From Mustelus asterias (taxonomy: Eukaryota): 64,000 nt of DNA. Position 1 is the stretch's first letter, and every line of letters starts with the position of its first letter. Location of the stretch: positions 78,430,001 through 78,494,000 of the forward strand of contig NC_135809.1 of assembly GCF_964213995.1 (NCBI RefSeq), read 5' to 3'. Shown here piece after piece: positions 22,668-34,358 of this stretch. A program made the translations under genes and the position numbers. The notes under the pieces are model-generated. The model was given only the letters and a program-made list of their open reading frames with translations, did not search any database and was not told the origin of the DNA.

Positions 22668-25540
22668 GAACATAGAACATAGAACATAGAACATTACAGC
22701 GCAGAACAGGCCCTTCGGCCCACGATGTTGCACCGACCAGTTAAAAAAAAAAACTGTGACCCTCCAACCTAAACCAATTTCTTTTCGTCCATGAACCTAT
22801 CTACGGATCTCTTAAACGCCCCCAAACTAGGCGCATTTACAACTGATGCTGGCAGGGCATTCCAATCCCTCACCACCCTCTGGGTAAAGAACCTACCCCT
22901 GACATCGGTTCTATAACTACCCCCCCTCAATTTAAAGCCATGCCCCCTCGTGCTGGATTTCTCCATCAGAGGAAAAAGGCTATCACTATCCACCCTATCT
23001 AAACCTCTAATCATCTTATATGTTTCAATAAGATCCCCTCTTAGCCGCCGCCTTTCCAGCGAAAACAATCCCAAATCCCTCAGCCTCTCCTCATAGGATT
23101 TCCCCTCCATACCAGGCAACATCCTGGTAAACCTCCTCTGCACCCTCTCCAAAGCCTCCACATCCTTCCTGTAATGTGGGGACCAGAACTGCACACAGTA
23201 CTCCAAGTGCGGCCGCACCAGAGTTGTGTACAGTTGCAACATAACGCTACGACTCCTAAATTCAATCCCCCTACCAATAAACGCCAAGACACCATATGCC
23301 TTCTTAACAACCTTATCTACTTGATTCCCAACTTTCAGGGATCTATGCACACATACACCTAGATCCCTCTGCTCCTCCACACTATTCAAAGTCCTCCCGT
23401 TAGCCCTATACTCAACACATCTGTTATTCCTACCAAAGTGAATTACCTCACACTTCTCCGCATTAAACTCCATCCGCCACCTCTCGGCCCAACTTTGCAA
23501 CCTGTCTAAGTCTTCCTGCAAACTACGACACCCTTCCTCACTGTCTACCACACCACCGGCTTTGGTGTCATCAGCAAATTTGCTAATCCACCCAACTATA
23601 CCCTCATCCAGATCATTAATAAATATTACAAACAGCAGTGGCCCCAAAACAGATCCCTGAGGTACACCACTTGTAACCGCACTCCATGATGAATATTTAC
23701 TATCAACCACCACCCTCTGTTTCCTATCCGCTAGCCAATTCCTGATCCAATTTCCTAGATCACCCCCAATCCCATACATCTGCATTTTCTGTAGAAGCCT
23801 ACCATGGTGAACCTTATCAAACGCCTTACTAAAATCCATATATACCACGTCCACTGCCTTGCCCCCATCCACCTCCTTGGTCACTTTCTCAAAAAACTCA
23901 ATAAGGTTAGTAAGGCACGACCTACCTGCCACAAAACCATGCTGACTATCACCTATCAATTCATTACTCTCCAAATAACTATAAATCCTATCCCTTATAA
24001 TTTTTTCCAACATCTTGCCGACAACAGAAGTGAGACTCACCGGTCTATAATTCCCGGGGAAGTCTCTGTTCCCCTTCTTAAACAATGGGACAACATTCGC
24101 TAACCTCCAATCTTCTGGTACTATACCAGAGGCCAACGACGACCTGAAGATCAGAGCCAGAGGCTCTGCAATCACTTCTCTTGCCTCCCAGAGAATCCTT
24201 GGATAAATCCCATCCGGACCAGGGGATTTATCTATTTTCAGACCCTCCAGAATATCCTGCACATCCTCCTTATCAACTGTAATACTGTCTATTCTACTCC
24301 CCTGCAACCCAGTGTCCTCCTCAGCTATATTCATGTCCCCTTGCGTGAACACCGAAGAGAAATATTGGTTCAATGCTTCACCAATCTCCTCCGGTTCCAC
24401 ACATAACTTCCCTCTGCCATCTATAACTGGCCCTAAACTTGCCCTAACCAACCTTCTGTTCTTGACATACCTATAGAACGCCTTAGGATTCTCTTTAACC
24501 CTATCCGCCAAAGTCTTCTCATGTCCCCTTTTAGCCCTTCTAAGCTCGCTCTTCAACTCCCTCTTAGCCAATCTAAAGCTTTCTAGTGCACTACCCGAGT
24601 GCTCACGTCTCATCCGAACATAAGCCTCCTTTTTCTTTTTAACCAACAAAGAAACTTTTTTGGTGCACCACGGTTCCCTAGCCCTACCAATTCCTCCTTG
24701 CCTGACAGGGACATACCTATCACAGACTCGCAGTAGCTGCTCCTTGAAAAAACTCCACATGTCGGACGTTCCCAGTCCCTGTAATCTCCTAGTCCAACCT
24801 ATGTTTCCTAATTCTCTCCTAATAGCCTCATAATTACCCTTCCCCCAGCTAAAACCACTGGCCCGAGGTTCATGCCTATCCCTTTCCATCACTAAGGTGA
24901 ACGTAACCGAATTGTGGTCACTATCACCAAAATGCACACCAACTTCCAAGTCTAGCACCTGGTCTGGCTCATTTCCCAGCACCAGATCCAATATAGCCTC
25001 ACCTCTAGTTGGCCTGTCCACATACTGAGTCAAAAAACCTTCCTGCACGCTTTGAACAAAAACTGACCCCTCTAACGAGCTAGAGCTATAACAATTCCAG
25101 TCAATATTAGTCAAGTTAAAATCCCCCATAACAATTGCCCTATTACTTTCACTCCTAAGCAGGATTGACTCCGCAATCCTTTCCTCAACCTCTCTAGAAC
25201 TTTTAGGAGGTCTATAAAAGACTCCCAACAGGGTGACCTCTCCTCTCCTATTTCTAATCTCCGCCCATACTACCTCAACAGATAAGTCCTCATCAAACCT
25301 CCTCTCTGACACTGTGATACAATCTCTGACCAATAATGCTACCCCTCCCCCTCTTCTACCTCCTTCCCTACTTCGACTAAAACATTTGAACCCCGGGACC
25401 TGCAGCATCCATTCCTGCCCCTGCTCTATCCATGTCTCTGAAATAGCCACAACATCGAAGTCCCAGGTACTGATCCACGCTGCAAGTTCACCCACTTTAT
25501 TGCGAATACTCCTGGCATTGAAGTATACACATTTCAAACC
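22668..25540 (-). mobile_element. CR1 (HER1-like) LINE, 5'-truncated at the start of ORF2
   Basis: Unbroken ORF2, 3' UTR stem-loop motif GGGCCGAAGGGCC, (TTCTATG)n tail. Confidence 0.97.
22769..25537 (-). CDS. CR1 ORF2: AP endonuclease plus reverse transcriptase, 922 aa
   Basis: EN motifs YFNARS, ISETW, GVFYRPP, MGDFN, LDLVL, SDH; RT motifs NYRPVSLTS, DFSKAFD, GVPQGSVLGP, FADD. The ORF call starts at TTG; no ATG initiator or ORF1 is retained. Confidence 0.93.
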   Translation of the reverse strand: MKCVYFNARSIRNKVGELAAWISTWDFDVVAISETWIEQGQEWMLQVPGFKCFSRSREGGRRGGGVALLVRDCITVSERRFDEDLSVEVVWAEIRNRRGEVTLLGVFYRPPKSSREVEERIAESILLRSESNRAIVMGDFNLTNIDWNCYSSSSLEGSVFVQSVQEGFLTQYVDRPTRGEAILDLVLGNEPDQVLDLEVGVHFGDSDHNSVTFTLVMERDRHEPRASGFSWGKGNYEAIRRELGNIGWTRRLQGLGTSDMWSFFKEQLLRVCDRYVPVRQGGIGRAREPWCTKKVSLLVKKKKEAYVRMRREHSGSALESFRLAKRELKSELRRAKRGHEKTLADRVKENPKAFYRYVKNRRLVRASLGPVIDGRGKLCVEPEEIGEALNQYFSSVFTQGDMNIAEEDTGLQGSRIDSITVDKEDVQDILEGLKIDKSPGPDGIYPRILWEAREVIAEPLALIFRSSLASGIVPEDWRLANVVPLFKKGNRDFPGNYRPVSLTSVVGKMLEKIIRDRIYSYLESNELIGDSQHGFVAGRSCLTNLIEFFEKVTKEVDGGKAVDVVYMDFSKAFDKVHHGRLLQKMQMYGIGGDLGNWIRNWLADRKQRVVVDSKYSSWSAVTSGVPQGSVLGPLLFVIFINDLDEGIVGWISKFADDTKAGGVVDSEEGCRSLQEDLDRLQSWAERWRMEFNAEKCEVIHFGRNNRCVEYRANGRTLNSVEEQRDLGVCVHRSLKVGNQVDKVVKKAYGVLAFIGRGIEFRSRSVMLQLYTTLVRPHLEYCVQFWSPHYRKDVEALERVQRRFTRMLPGMEGKSYEERLRDLGLFSLERRRLRGDLIETYKMIRGLDRVDSDSLFPLMEKSSTRGHGFKLRGGSYRTDVRGRFFTQRVVRDWNALPASVVNAPSLGAFKRSVDRFMDEKKLV

Positions 25541-25639
25541 CTATTGGGAAAGGGATAAGGCCCTGGAGTGTTTCTTTATCCAATAGGGAAAAGTTTGTTT
25601 CCAAACTTTCAATCTGAAACCAGTCTAGCCTGCTCCAAG

Positions 25640-26348
25640 CTGAGGTGTCAGCCCTGATTCAGTGAGAATATGCTCACCACTGAGTTAGAGGGTGGAATTT
25701 TGTGGCTTCGCTCGCCCCAAAACCGGAAAATTTCACCTGAGGTCAACGGACCTTTCCGTGGACCGCCCCTCGCCCCTTTCGCTTCCTGTGATGGGCGGGA
25801 CGGTAAAATTCTAGCCAGAGAGTTGAATTCCACTCCAGACACATCAGCACAACACATCAGCGTGGGTTTCCTCCGGGTTCTCCGGTTTCCTCCCACAGTC
25901 CAAAGATGTGCGAGTTAGGTTGATTGGCCATGCTAAAAATTGCCCTTAGTGTCCTGAGTTGTGTAGGTTAGAGGGATTAGTGGGTAAATCTGTAGGGATA
26001 TGGTGGTAGGGCCTGGGTGGGATTGTGGTCGGTGCAGACTCGATGGGCCGAATGGCCTTTTTCTGTACTGTAGGGTTTCTATGATTTCACAACATCTAGC
26101 CTGGCATTCCTGTGCAGTACTGAGGGACTGCAGCACTGTCAGAATGGTGCCATTTGGATGAAACATGTTCTTTCTGCCCTCTCAGATGAACATAAAAGAT
26201 CTCACAGCACTATTTCAACAAAGAGCAAGGGGATTCTTCCAATGTCCTGAGCAGTATTTGATCATTAACACAATGCTGTTTGTGGGATCTTGCTGTGCAC
26301 CACTGGCTGCCACTTTTCCCTATGATACAGAGTGACTACATTTCAAAA
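25640..26348 (+). mobile_element. LF-SINE-like element interrupted by a MITE (25690-25817) and a 5'-truncated HE1 SINE (25860-26087)
   Basis: GTGCAGTACTGAGGGA...CTGCCCTCTCAG...GCACTATTTC...TGCTGTTTGTGGGATCTTGCTGTGC...GTGACTACA motifs; CACAACA is repeated either side of the SINE. Confidence 0.75.
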
Positions 26349-26789
26349 TTAAAGTCCTGGGCTCATGTCATGCAATTTATGGATATATTTTTTCTCTTTC
26401 CAAAAACATTTTACGACACTTCACAGAGGGGAGGACACAAAAGATTAAGAAGTGCATTTCAAGAGATGCACGGCCTTAAAAGGCATCATATCAAAGCAGT
26501 CATTTTTTTCTTTTACTCCAGCCAGGACTGGATGAAATGTCCAGAGCAGTGACTGTTATTGAGATTCACTGATGGATGGATTGCAGCCTGGTGTGGGAAT
26601 TGGTGTTTCTGAAGGAACAGGATGACCTGCCCTTCAGTCCGCACTCCATCATCCATCTATTGCCCTGCATAATAGAGTCATTCAAGAGCCATTTACTAAT
26701 GATTAACTAGTTCATCCAGATCTCCTAAAATATGCTGCATTTTCCTTTACTTATTAAAGTATGAAACCATTTCTCTCTTCTTTTCATAT

Positions 26790-28232
26790 TCTTGTGATGC
26801 AAATGTCACTGGCAAGGCCAGCATTTATTGCCCATTCCTAATTGCCCTTGAAAAGGTAAGCTACATTCTGGAACCACTGCAGTCCATGTGTTGTCGGTAC
26901 ACCGACAGTTTCATTACAAAGGGAGCACAAGGATTTAGGCTCAGTGACAGTGGAGGCAAGGTGATATAGTTCCAAGTCAGGATGTATGTGATTTGGAGGG
27001 GAACTTGCAGGTGGTGTTGGGCTATCGAATGAGCCTTGGTGAGTTGCTGCATTGCATCTTGAAAATGATACATGCTGTTGTACTGGTGGTGGAGGGAGTT
27101 GATGTTTAAGGTCGTGGATGGGGTGCCAATCAAATGGACTGTTTTGTCCTGGATGGTGTTGAGTGTTGTTAGAGCTGCACTCATTCAGGCAAATGGACGG
27201 TATTCCATCACTCCTGACTTGTAGGTGGTGGACAGGCTTTGGAGGTGAGTCAGGAGGTGAGTTACTCGTTGCAGAATCCCGAGTCTCTACGTAGTCTGGT
27301 CGCCACAGTATTTATGTGGTTGATCCAGTTCAATTTCTGGTCAATGGTAACCTGCAGGATGTTAATGGTGAGATTCAGTGAGAGTAATGTTGTTGAATAT
27401 CAAAGGGAGATGGTTAGATTCTCTCTTATTGGAGATGGTCATTGTCTGGCATTTCTTTGGTGCGAATCTTATTTGACACTTATCAGCCCAAACCAGAATG
27501 TTGTTCCGGTCTTGCTGCATATGGACATGGACTGCTTCAGTATCTGAGGAGTCGCAAATGATGCTGAACATTGTGCAGTCATCAGCGAACATCCCCACTT
27601 CTGACCTTATAATGGAGGAAAGTTATTTGATGAAGGAGCTGAAGATGCTGGGGACTGGGACACTACCCTGAGGATGTCCTGAGACTAAGATGATTGACCT
27701 CCAACTATCACGACCATCTTTCATTGTGCTAGGTATGACTCCAACCAGTGGAAAGTTTCCCCCCCATCAATTCCTATTGATTTTAACTTTGCTCAGGTTC
27801 CTTGATGCCAAATGCATCAGGATCAAATGCTGCCTTGATATCAAGAACAGTCACTCTCACCTACCCCATTGAATTCAGTTGTTTCGTTCATGTTTGGTCC
27901 AAGGCTATGATGAAGTCTTGAGTTGATTGGCCCTGGCAGGACCCAAACTGAGTGTCAGTGAGCAGGTTATTGCTGCGGCAGGTGCTACTCAATAGCATTG
28001 TTCACGATATGCCCTAATGTCCTTTAGGGAAGGAAATCTGCCATCCTTACCTGGTCTGACCTACATGTGACTCCGGAGCCACAGCAATGTGGTTGACTTT
28101 CAACCGCCCTCAGGCAACTAGGGATGGGCAATGAATGCTGGCCAGCCAGCGATGCCCATGTCCCATGAAAGAATTTTAAAAATGTTCCATCACTTTACTA
28201 GTGATTGAGAGTACACTGATGAAGTGGTAATT
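26790..28232 (-). mobile_element. CR1/L2-group LINE 3' part, degenerate
   Basis: GMFADDCTMFS, WADKCQIRFAPKKCQTMTISNKRESNHLPL, LDIKAAFD; contains a Deu-SINE piece at 28014-28180 (+). Confidence 0.85.
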
Positions 28233-28728
28233 ATGATGTGGAGATGCTGGTGTTGGACTGGGGTAAACACAGTAAGGAGTCTAACAACACCAGGTTAAAG
28301 TCCAACAGATTTATTTGGTAGCAAATGCCACTAGCTTTCGGAGCGCTGCTCCTTCGTCAGGTGAGTGGGAGATCTGCTAACAAACAGTAAACAGGGCATA
28401 TAAAGACACAAACTCAATTTACAGAATAATGAATAATGATTGGAATGTGAGTCTTTACAGCTAATCTAGTCTTAAAGGTACAGACAATGTGAGTGGAGAG
28501 AGCATTAAGCACAGGTTAAAGAGATGTGTATTGTCTTCAGACAGGACAGCCAGTGAGATTTTGCAAGTCCAGGCAAGTTGTGGGGGTTACAGATAGTGTG
28601 ACATGAACCCAAGATCCCAGTTGAGGCCGTCCTCATGTGTGCGGAACCTGGCTATCAGTCTCTGCTCAGTGGCTCTGCGCTGTTGTGTGTCATGAAAGCC
28701 GCCTTGGAGAACGCTTACCCGAATATCA
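28233..28728 (-). mobile_element. PLE family A 3' fragment
   Basis: Colinear with 37425-37910; GIY-YIG C-terminus; TSD AAGTGGTAATT (28222-28232, 28740-28750). Confidence 0.9.
28329..28363 (-). ncRNA. Minimal type I hammerhead ribozyme motif
   Basis: CAC-CUGACGA-A-GGAGC(AGC)GCUCC-GAAA-GC-UA-GUG. Confidence 0.75.
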
Positions 28729-31321
28729 AGTGGTATTGCAAGTGGTAATTGGCCACACTAGATGTCTCTTTGAGTGCTTTCTTTAGCCAGCATAAAGTCA
28801 GTCGCTTATGGACTTGAGACCATGATAAAACCACCTCTATTATAACCATTAGGGAGATTTCTACTATACATGGTAAAATGAATGTTTCAGTAACCCTGTT
28901 CAGCAGATCTTGGTAAGCCTGTATCATTAAGTTTTTGCAGTGCCATTTTTCGGGAAATTGGAGCCATACAACATGAGTGATGAGGATTAGCCACAATATG
29001 CTGAGAGAGTGAGGTACTTCTTTCAGACTAACTATATAGGAGATAACCAGCAAATCCTAATGGCTGCCTATGGGGCTGCAATGTTCAGTATTATAAAAGT
29101 CTGATGTATCCGGCAACACCGATCCAAGACCTTTGATGATTAGTGGAAATGGTGGGAAATCATTACAATCCTAAACCATTCGTTATTTTGCAACGACACT
29201 GCTTCAATACAATTATTGGATTTGCAGAGGAACTAGTGACCAAATTCCTGACATGACTACGAAAATTGGCAGAGCATTGTGAGTATAGCCCAGCATTACC
29301 TGAAATGCTGAGAGATTGTTTAGTATATAGCATAAATGATCTAAAACCTAAAGTCGGCTTTTGACAAAGCCAAAACTAGATTTTTTAAAAACCCCATAGA
29401 ACTAAACTTATCTCAAGAAATGCAGAAAAAGGAGCCCAGGAGCAGCAAGGACCCATAGATAACATCATTCTTAGGCTTGGGCAAGCCTTCTACCGCAGGC
29501 CCAGGTCCCCAGTTGAAAACGCTAATGCCCCCAGTCTTGAGGCTGGAAAACGAGCAGACAAGGGAACCAGGAAATCCTGGCACCAGGCGAGAGGGAGATC
29601 CACTGTTTAGGGAGTAGCCAGCACAACAGCACTGTGCATGCAGTCAGGGAACCTGACCCTTGCAAGGTTACCTTAACAAGCAGAGCGTGCATCGCCCAGA
29701 TTGAAGGGTGAAGCTACCCAAAAACAGAATGTATCAGGTAAGTCAGGCTGAAGAGGAACTAGTACAATTAAATTATGTCACCACTTCAAAGGTGGCCCCA
29801 ATACAGATCCAGCTCCAAGTGAATGGACACCCATTGAACATGGAGGTGGACACAGAGGCAGCAGTATCCATTGAAGGGGAGCGGGAATTTAGAAGATTAT
29901 GATTGGGCATCTTATCACTCAAGTTGAGGGACACTGAGGCAAGATTGGCAACTTTTACAGGAGAACCATTACATATAAACGGGACCACTGTAATCCCTAT
30001 CATACATGGGCAACAAACAGTCCAGCTCCCGTTGATAGTGCACAAGGACCAGAGGCCAGCCTTTTGAGAGGGACTGATTATAAAAAATCCACTTGGATTG
30101 ATGGCAGCACATTTTTGAAATGGGTAATGGTAACTTATATGAGGTAATAGGAAAGTACCCAGCGGTCTTGGAAAAATAAAAGGGGCCAAGGCAAAATTTT
30201 AGGTTGACCCAGATGCTCAACCGAGTTTTTTAAAGGCAAGACCACCTCGATACGCTCTGAGAGCGAAAGTAGAGACCATACTGAAGTGATGAGAAGAGTT
30301 GGGTCTTATTCGATCCAATTTGCTGAGTGGGCCACACTGGTAGTTCCGGTGTGAAAACCAAACAACGCAATCTGCCTCTGTGGTGATTATAAAATGACAG
30401 TGAACAGTGCATCTTGTTTAGATAAATATCTGATGCTGCGAATAGAGGACCTCTGCACAAAATTACCTGGAGACCAGATCTTTACAAAGTTGGATATGAG
30501 TCATGCATACCTCCAGTTAGAATTAAAAGCATCATCAAAAAATATATATAATGGTAAACACACACAAGAGATTGTATGAATATACTCGTCTACTTTTTGG
30601 GGTATCATCGGCGTGCACTATTTTCCAAAGAGTAATGGAAGGCATACTGCAGGGCTACCTAGAGTGACAGTTTACTTAGATAATGTTTAATCACAGGAAC
30701 CACTGCCAAGGAACACCACAAAAATTTAGAGGAAGTCTTCCAATGGTTTTCAGAAGCCAGGGTCAGACTAAAAAGAGAAAAATGCATTTTCCAAACAGCT
30801 GAAATAAAGTACCTCGGATACAGGGTTGGAATGATGGCCTAGACCCAGTTGAAAAAGGTAAGAGCCTAAAAGAGGCTCCAACACCAAGGAATATAACAGA
30901 ATTAAAATCGTTTCTTGGCCTCGTGAATTATTATGGAAAGTTCATTCCAAACTTGACAACCTTACTGGCACCCCTACATACTTTATTGAAAAAACATTAG
31001 AAGTGGGCATGGCAAGAACCACAGGAAGATACTTTTGTGAGGGTCAAGTATTAATTACAGTCGGATAACGTATTGACCCACTTCAATCCAGAAAGGCCAC
31101 TGGTTATAAAATGTGAGACCTTTCCCAATGGATTAGGTGCAGTACTGTCACACCGATGGAGCAGTGAGATGGAGCTTCCGATTGTGTACACCTCATGGAC
31201 ATTAGCCAATTTGGAAAGAAGATACACACAGATCGAAGAGGAGGATTTGGCAATGGTCTTCACAGTGAAGAAATTCCATCAATGTGTGTATGGTCAACAT
31301 TTTAAAGTAAACATTAAAAAA

Positions 31322-31392
31322 GTTAAGGTTTATTTATTAGTCACAAGTAGGCCTACATTAACACTGCAATGAAGTTACTGTGTAAATCCCCT
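31322..31392 (-). mobile_element. Alternative-tail SINE 3' stub
   Basis: Matches 18390-18451. Confidence 0.8.
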
Positions 31393-32019
31393 TTTACCTT
31401 CATAACAGAGCACAAACCTCTGTTGGGCCCTCTTTCTGAGCACAAAATGATTCCCCATAATAGCATCAGCCCGAACCCCATTAACCAGTAGGGAATTTAG
31501 AACATTTATGGAAACAAATGGAGTATTACATGTCCGCATGGCTCCATATCATCCATCGTCAAACGGATTAGCGGAGCGAGCAGTCCAAGTTTTCAAAAAT
31601 GGAATGAAAAAATAGACCAGAGGATCTGTAGATACAATTGACACATTTTCTTTTCAATTCCAGGACGATGCCGCAAGTAACAACAGGATTAGCCCTGGCA
31701 GAGTTACTGATAGGCGCCTATAGATCAGGCCAAACCTCACCTTCTGAACTTAAGCGGAAGAATTGAAGAAAAGCAAGAAGCCCAAAAAAGGGGCCGTGAT
31801 GGACTAAACGTTGATGGAGTTCTTTTGCCAGGAGATATGGTCCAAATGCAAAAATTTGGAGACAGCACCTTATGGATACCAGGAACAATGTTTTTCAAGG
31901 ACAGGGCAAATGTCCTGTACTGTAAATATTGGGGACAAGATCCTAAGGAAACATCTAGACCACCTACGATGTCGGGTGCTGTTGACAGAAGCAGCCAACT
32001 CAGCGAGCAATGTTGGTGC

Positions 32020-32842
32020 TGTTGTACCTGTTAATTCTCAGATACTTTCGACCAGTTTGCTTACTACAAGGTTTTACCCCGGTGCCCTTATTTGCAAGAT
32101 GGACAAACGACAAACACAAGTAAAAGGTTCAACAAGTTTATTAATAACAACACTTTTAACCTTTAAATTACCCACATAAAACAAGAGGATACCCCAGATT
32201 CAAGTATACTACCCGCAAAGATGGCTTGGTTAAACTGCAGGCTCGATTCTCTGAGTCCCTCTGGTCCGTCGTCACGAAGGTGAGTCTCGATGGCAGCTTC
32301 TTCCTTCCTTCCTTCTCTGGTCAGTCTTCCAAATGGTCACGGTCGTCTCCCCTGTCGAGTCTTCGCTCCTGTGTGTCTCCAACTGTGTCCCTTTATCCCC
32401 CAGCCTGCTTGCCTTTTCAGAAACTTCTCTGGCTTCCGGCCAGTGAAGCTCCAGGAGGGGTTCCAATACCCAGTAGGTTTCTTGATGTCTGCCTGACAGG
32501 ACACAAGGGTCCGCCCCCAGGTGTCCCATCTCCATGCTGTTGCTCACATATAACTTGTTATCAGGTAAGGTATCTACAGGAACTCTTGGTGACAGAAAGT
32601 CTGGCCCGATCTGGGCTTCTAACAATAGGCCAGTGCATTTCAATGAGGTACAATGGTCTCCTGCTAAGTATCAGTAACGACCTTTGATGGGTGGTTGATG
32701 GGTCAGGCGCAGACACGTTTGTGTATTTGTACAATTGGCCTGCCTGAGGTTTGACTGTGTTTGATTTTAATATGCCCGATTCTTGAATTTAGGATATCCA
32801 ATTTTATCAGCCTTAAAACTAGGCCCTGTTTATATCACTACA
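32020..32842 (-). mobile_element. Solo LTR (823 bp) inserted in the Gypsy element
   Basis: TGT...ACA ends, perfect 4-bp TSD GTGC, AATAAA on the minus strand near 32140. Confidence 0.8.
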
Positions 32843-33399
32843 GTGCTTTATTGCACCAAGTGCACTGAGGAAGAACAAAGCAACTCAACCAATGGGAGGC
32901 TCAAAAACAGCCGATGAGATTTCTGACTCCAAAATGGAAACAGAAGCAGAGGAATCCCAGCCCAAAGTCGTCATTGAGGTAAAACCACCCCCAGTGATAC
33001 TTCAACAATCACCCAGAAAGAGACACTCATCGATACACTATACCCCACCTGACTGGGCGGAGTATGAAATAGAGAGAAGGCCGTGGGCCAAAAGAGTGAG
33101 GGGGAACCTTCAGACTCAGAGGGAGAGGACTCTGATAACCCCCAGGACTTACATGGGGAATCACTGATTAACCTTCCTGTGGGCCTCATTGAATACAAGC
33201 TCCCTGGTGATTGGTAATTACATTACCAGGTGGAGCTCGTATACCCAGCCCTGAATAAAGCAGGCCCCTGAGTGGGTCCATTGTTGTATAGTCCCAGTTT
33301 GGACCCGTTTGTGTTCACCACAGGCTTGTGGCTTTACTTTACTTTATTTTGTGCAATGAAAGCACCGTTCCTTTGCCGCTGACTTCTCGGGGGCCTCTC

Positions 33400-33790
33400 C
33401 AGCACCTTCTTGCCTTTATAATTTTTCATCTCAACCCAAACTGCTTCTACATTGTGATTTCCTGAACGTAGATCATCCTTCTCTAATGTGCTAATACCAT
33501 CATTAATTAACTTCCTGACCTTCCTAAATGTCACATACTCTTCAATATTCAGGTCCCAAATCTATGTCATCCTGTAGTATATCTCTGTAATGATTATCAG
33601 GTTGTACTTATTAATTTCTATTTGCACTAACAGTTCATTTGTTTTGTCTCGAATGCTACATGCATTAAGTTATGGCCCTTTATTATTTTTGTATTGTCTA
33701 GTCTTATCTACTGATTTGCTCTTAGATTTGTACTCTCGGCCTCTTCCTGTCACAGCCTGTTTATCATTTCCCATATTAGTACCTTTCTGT
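33400..33790 (-). mobile_element. CR1 endonuclease-region fragment
   Basis: DDLRSGNHNVEAVWVEMKNYKGKK. Confidence 0.65.
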
Positions 33791-34358
33791 CTTGGTTTCC
33801 CATCCACTGTGGTTGACAGGGCTCTCAACTGTGTCCAACTCTGCTCCCATCCCCCCCCATCGCCGCCCCTCCATCCCAGAACTAGTGTCCTCCTTGTCCT
33901 CACTTTTCACCCCACCAGCCTCAGCATTCAAAGGATCATCCTCCGCTATTTCCACCAACTCCTAGCACGATGCCACTCCACACATCTTCCCGTCACTCCC
34001 CCTGTTAGCATTCTGCAGGGATTATTCCCTCCGGGACACCCTGGTACACTCCTCCATCACACCCAATACCTCACCCACCCCCCACAGTACCTTTCCATGC
34101 AATCGTAGAAGGTGCAACACCTTCCCCTTTACCTCCTCCCTGCTCACCAACGCAGGTCCTAAACATCCCTTTTAAGTGAAGCAGCACTTCACACGCACCT
34201 CCTTTATTATAGTCAATTGCATTTGCTGCTCTCAATGAAGTGTACTCCACATCAACTCCCACTCACCTAATGAAGGGGCAGTGCTCGAAAGCTTGTGGTT
34301 TGTGCTACCAAATAAACCTGTTGAACTTTAACCTGGTGTTGTGAGGCTTCTTACTGTC
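33790..34358 (+). mobile_element. PLE coding fragment plus an adjacent family A terminal repeat (34255-34358)
   Basis: GFPSTVVDRAL...LVLTFHPTSLSIQRIILRYFHQL and CNRRRCNT (PLE RT-to-GIY-YIG linker); degenerate hammerhead CUAAUGA...CGAAAGCUUGUG. Confidence 0.8.

Larger units (their letters stand above)
28860..33403 (+). mobile_element. Degenerate Gypsy (Mag-like) gag-pol with PPT and 3' LTR remnant
   Basis: Protease VNGHPLNMEVDTEAAVS; RT LCGDYKMTVN, FTKLDMSHAYLQL, VYLDN; RNase H GLGAVLSH...VKKFHQCVYGQHF; integrase APYHPSSNGLAERAVQ; purine tract about 33119-33129. Many stops and frameshifts. Confidence 0.92.
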
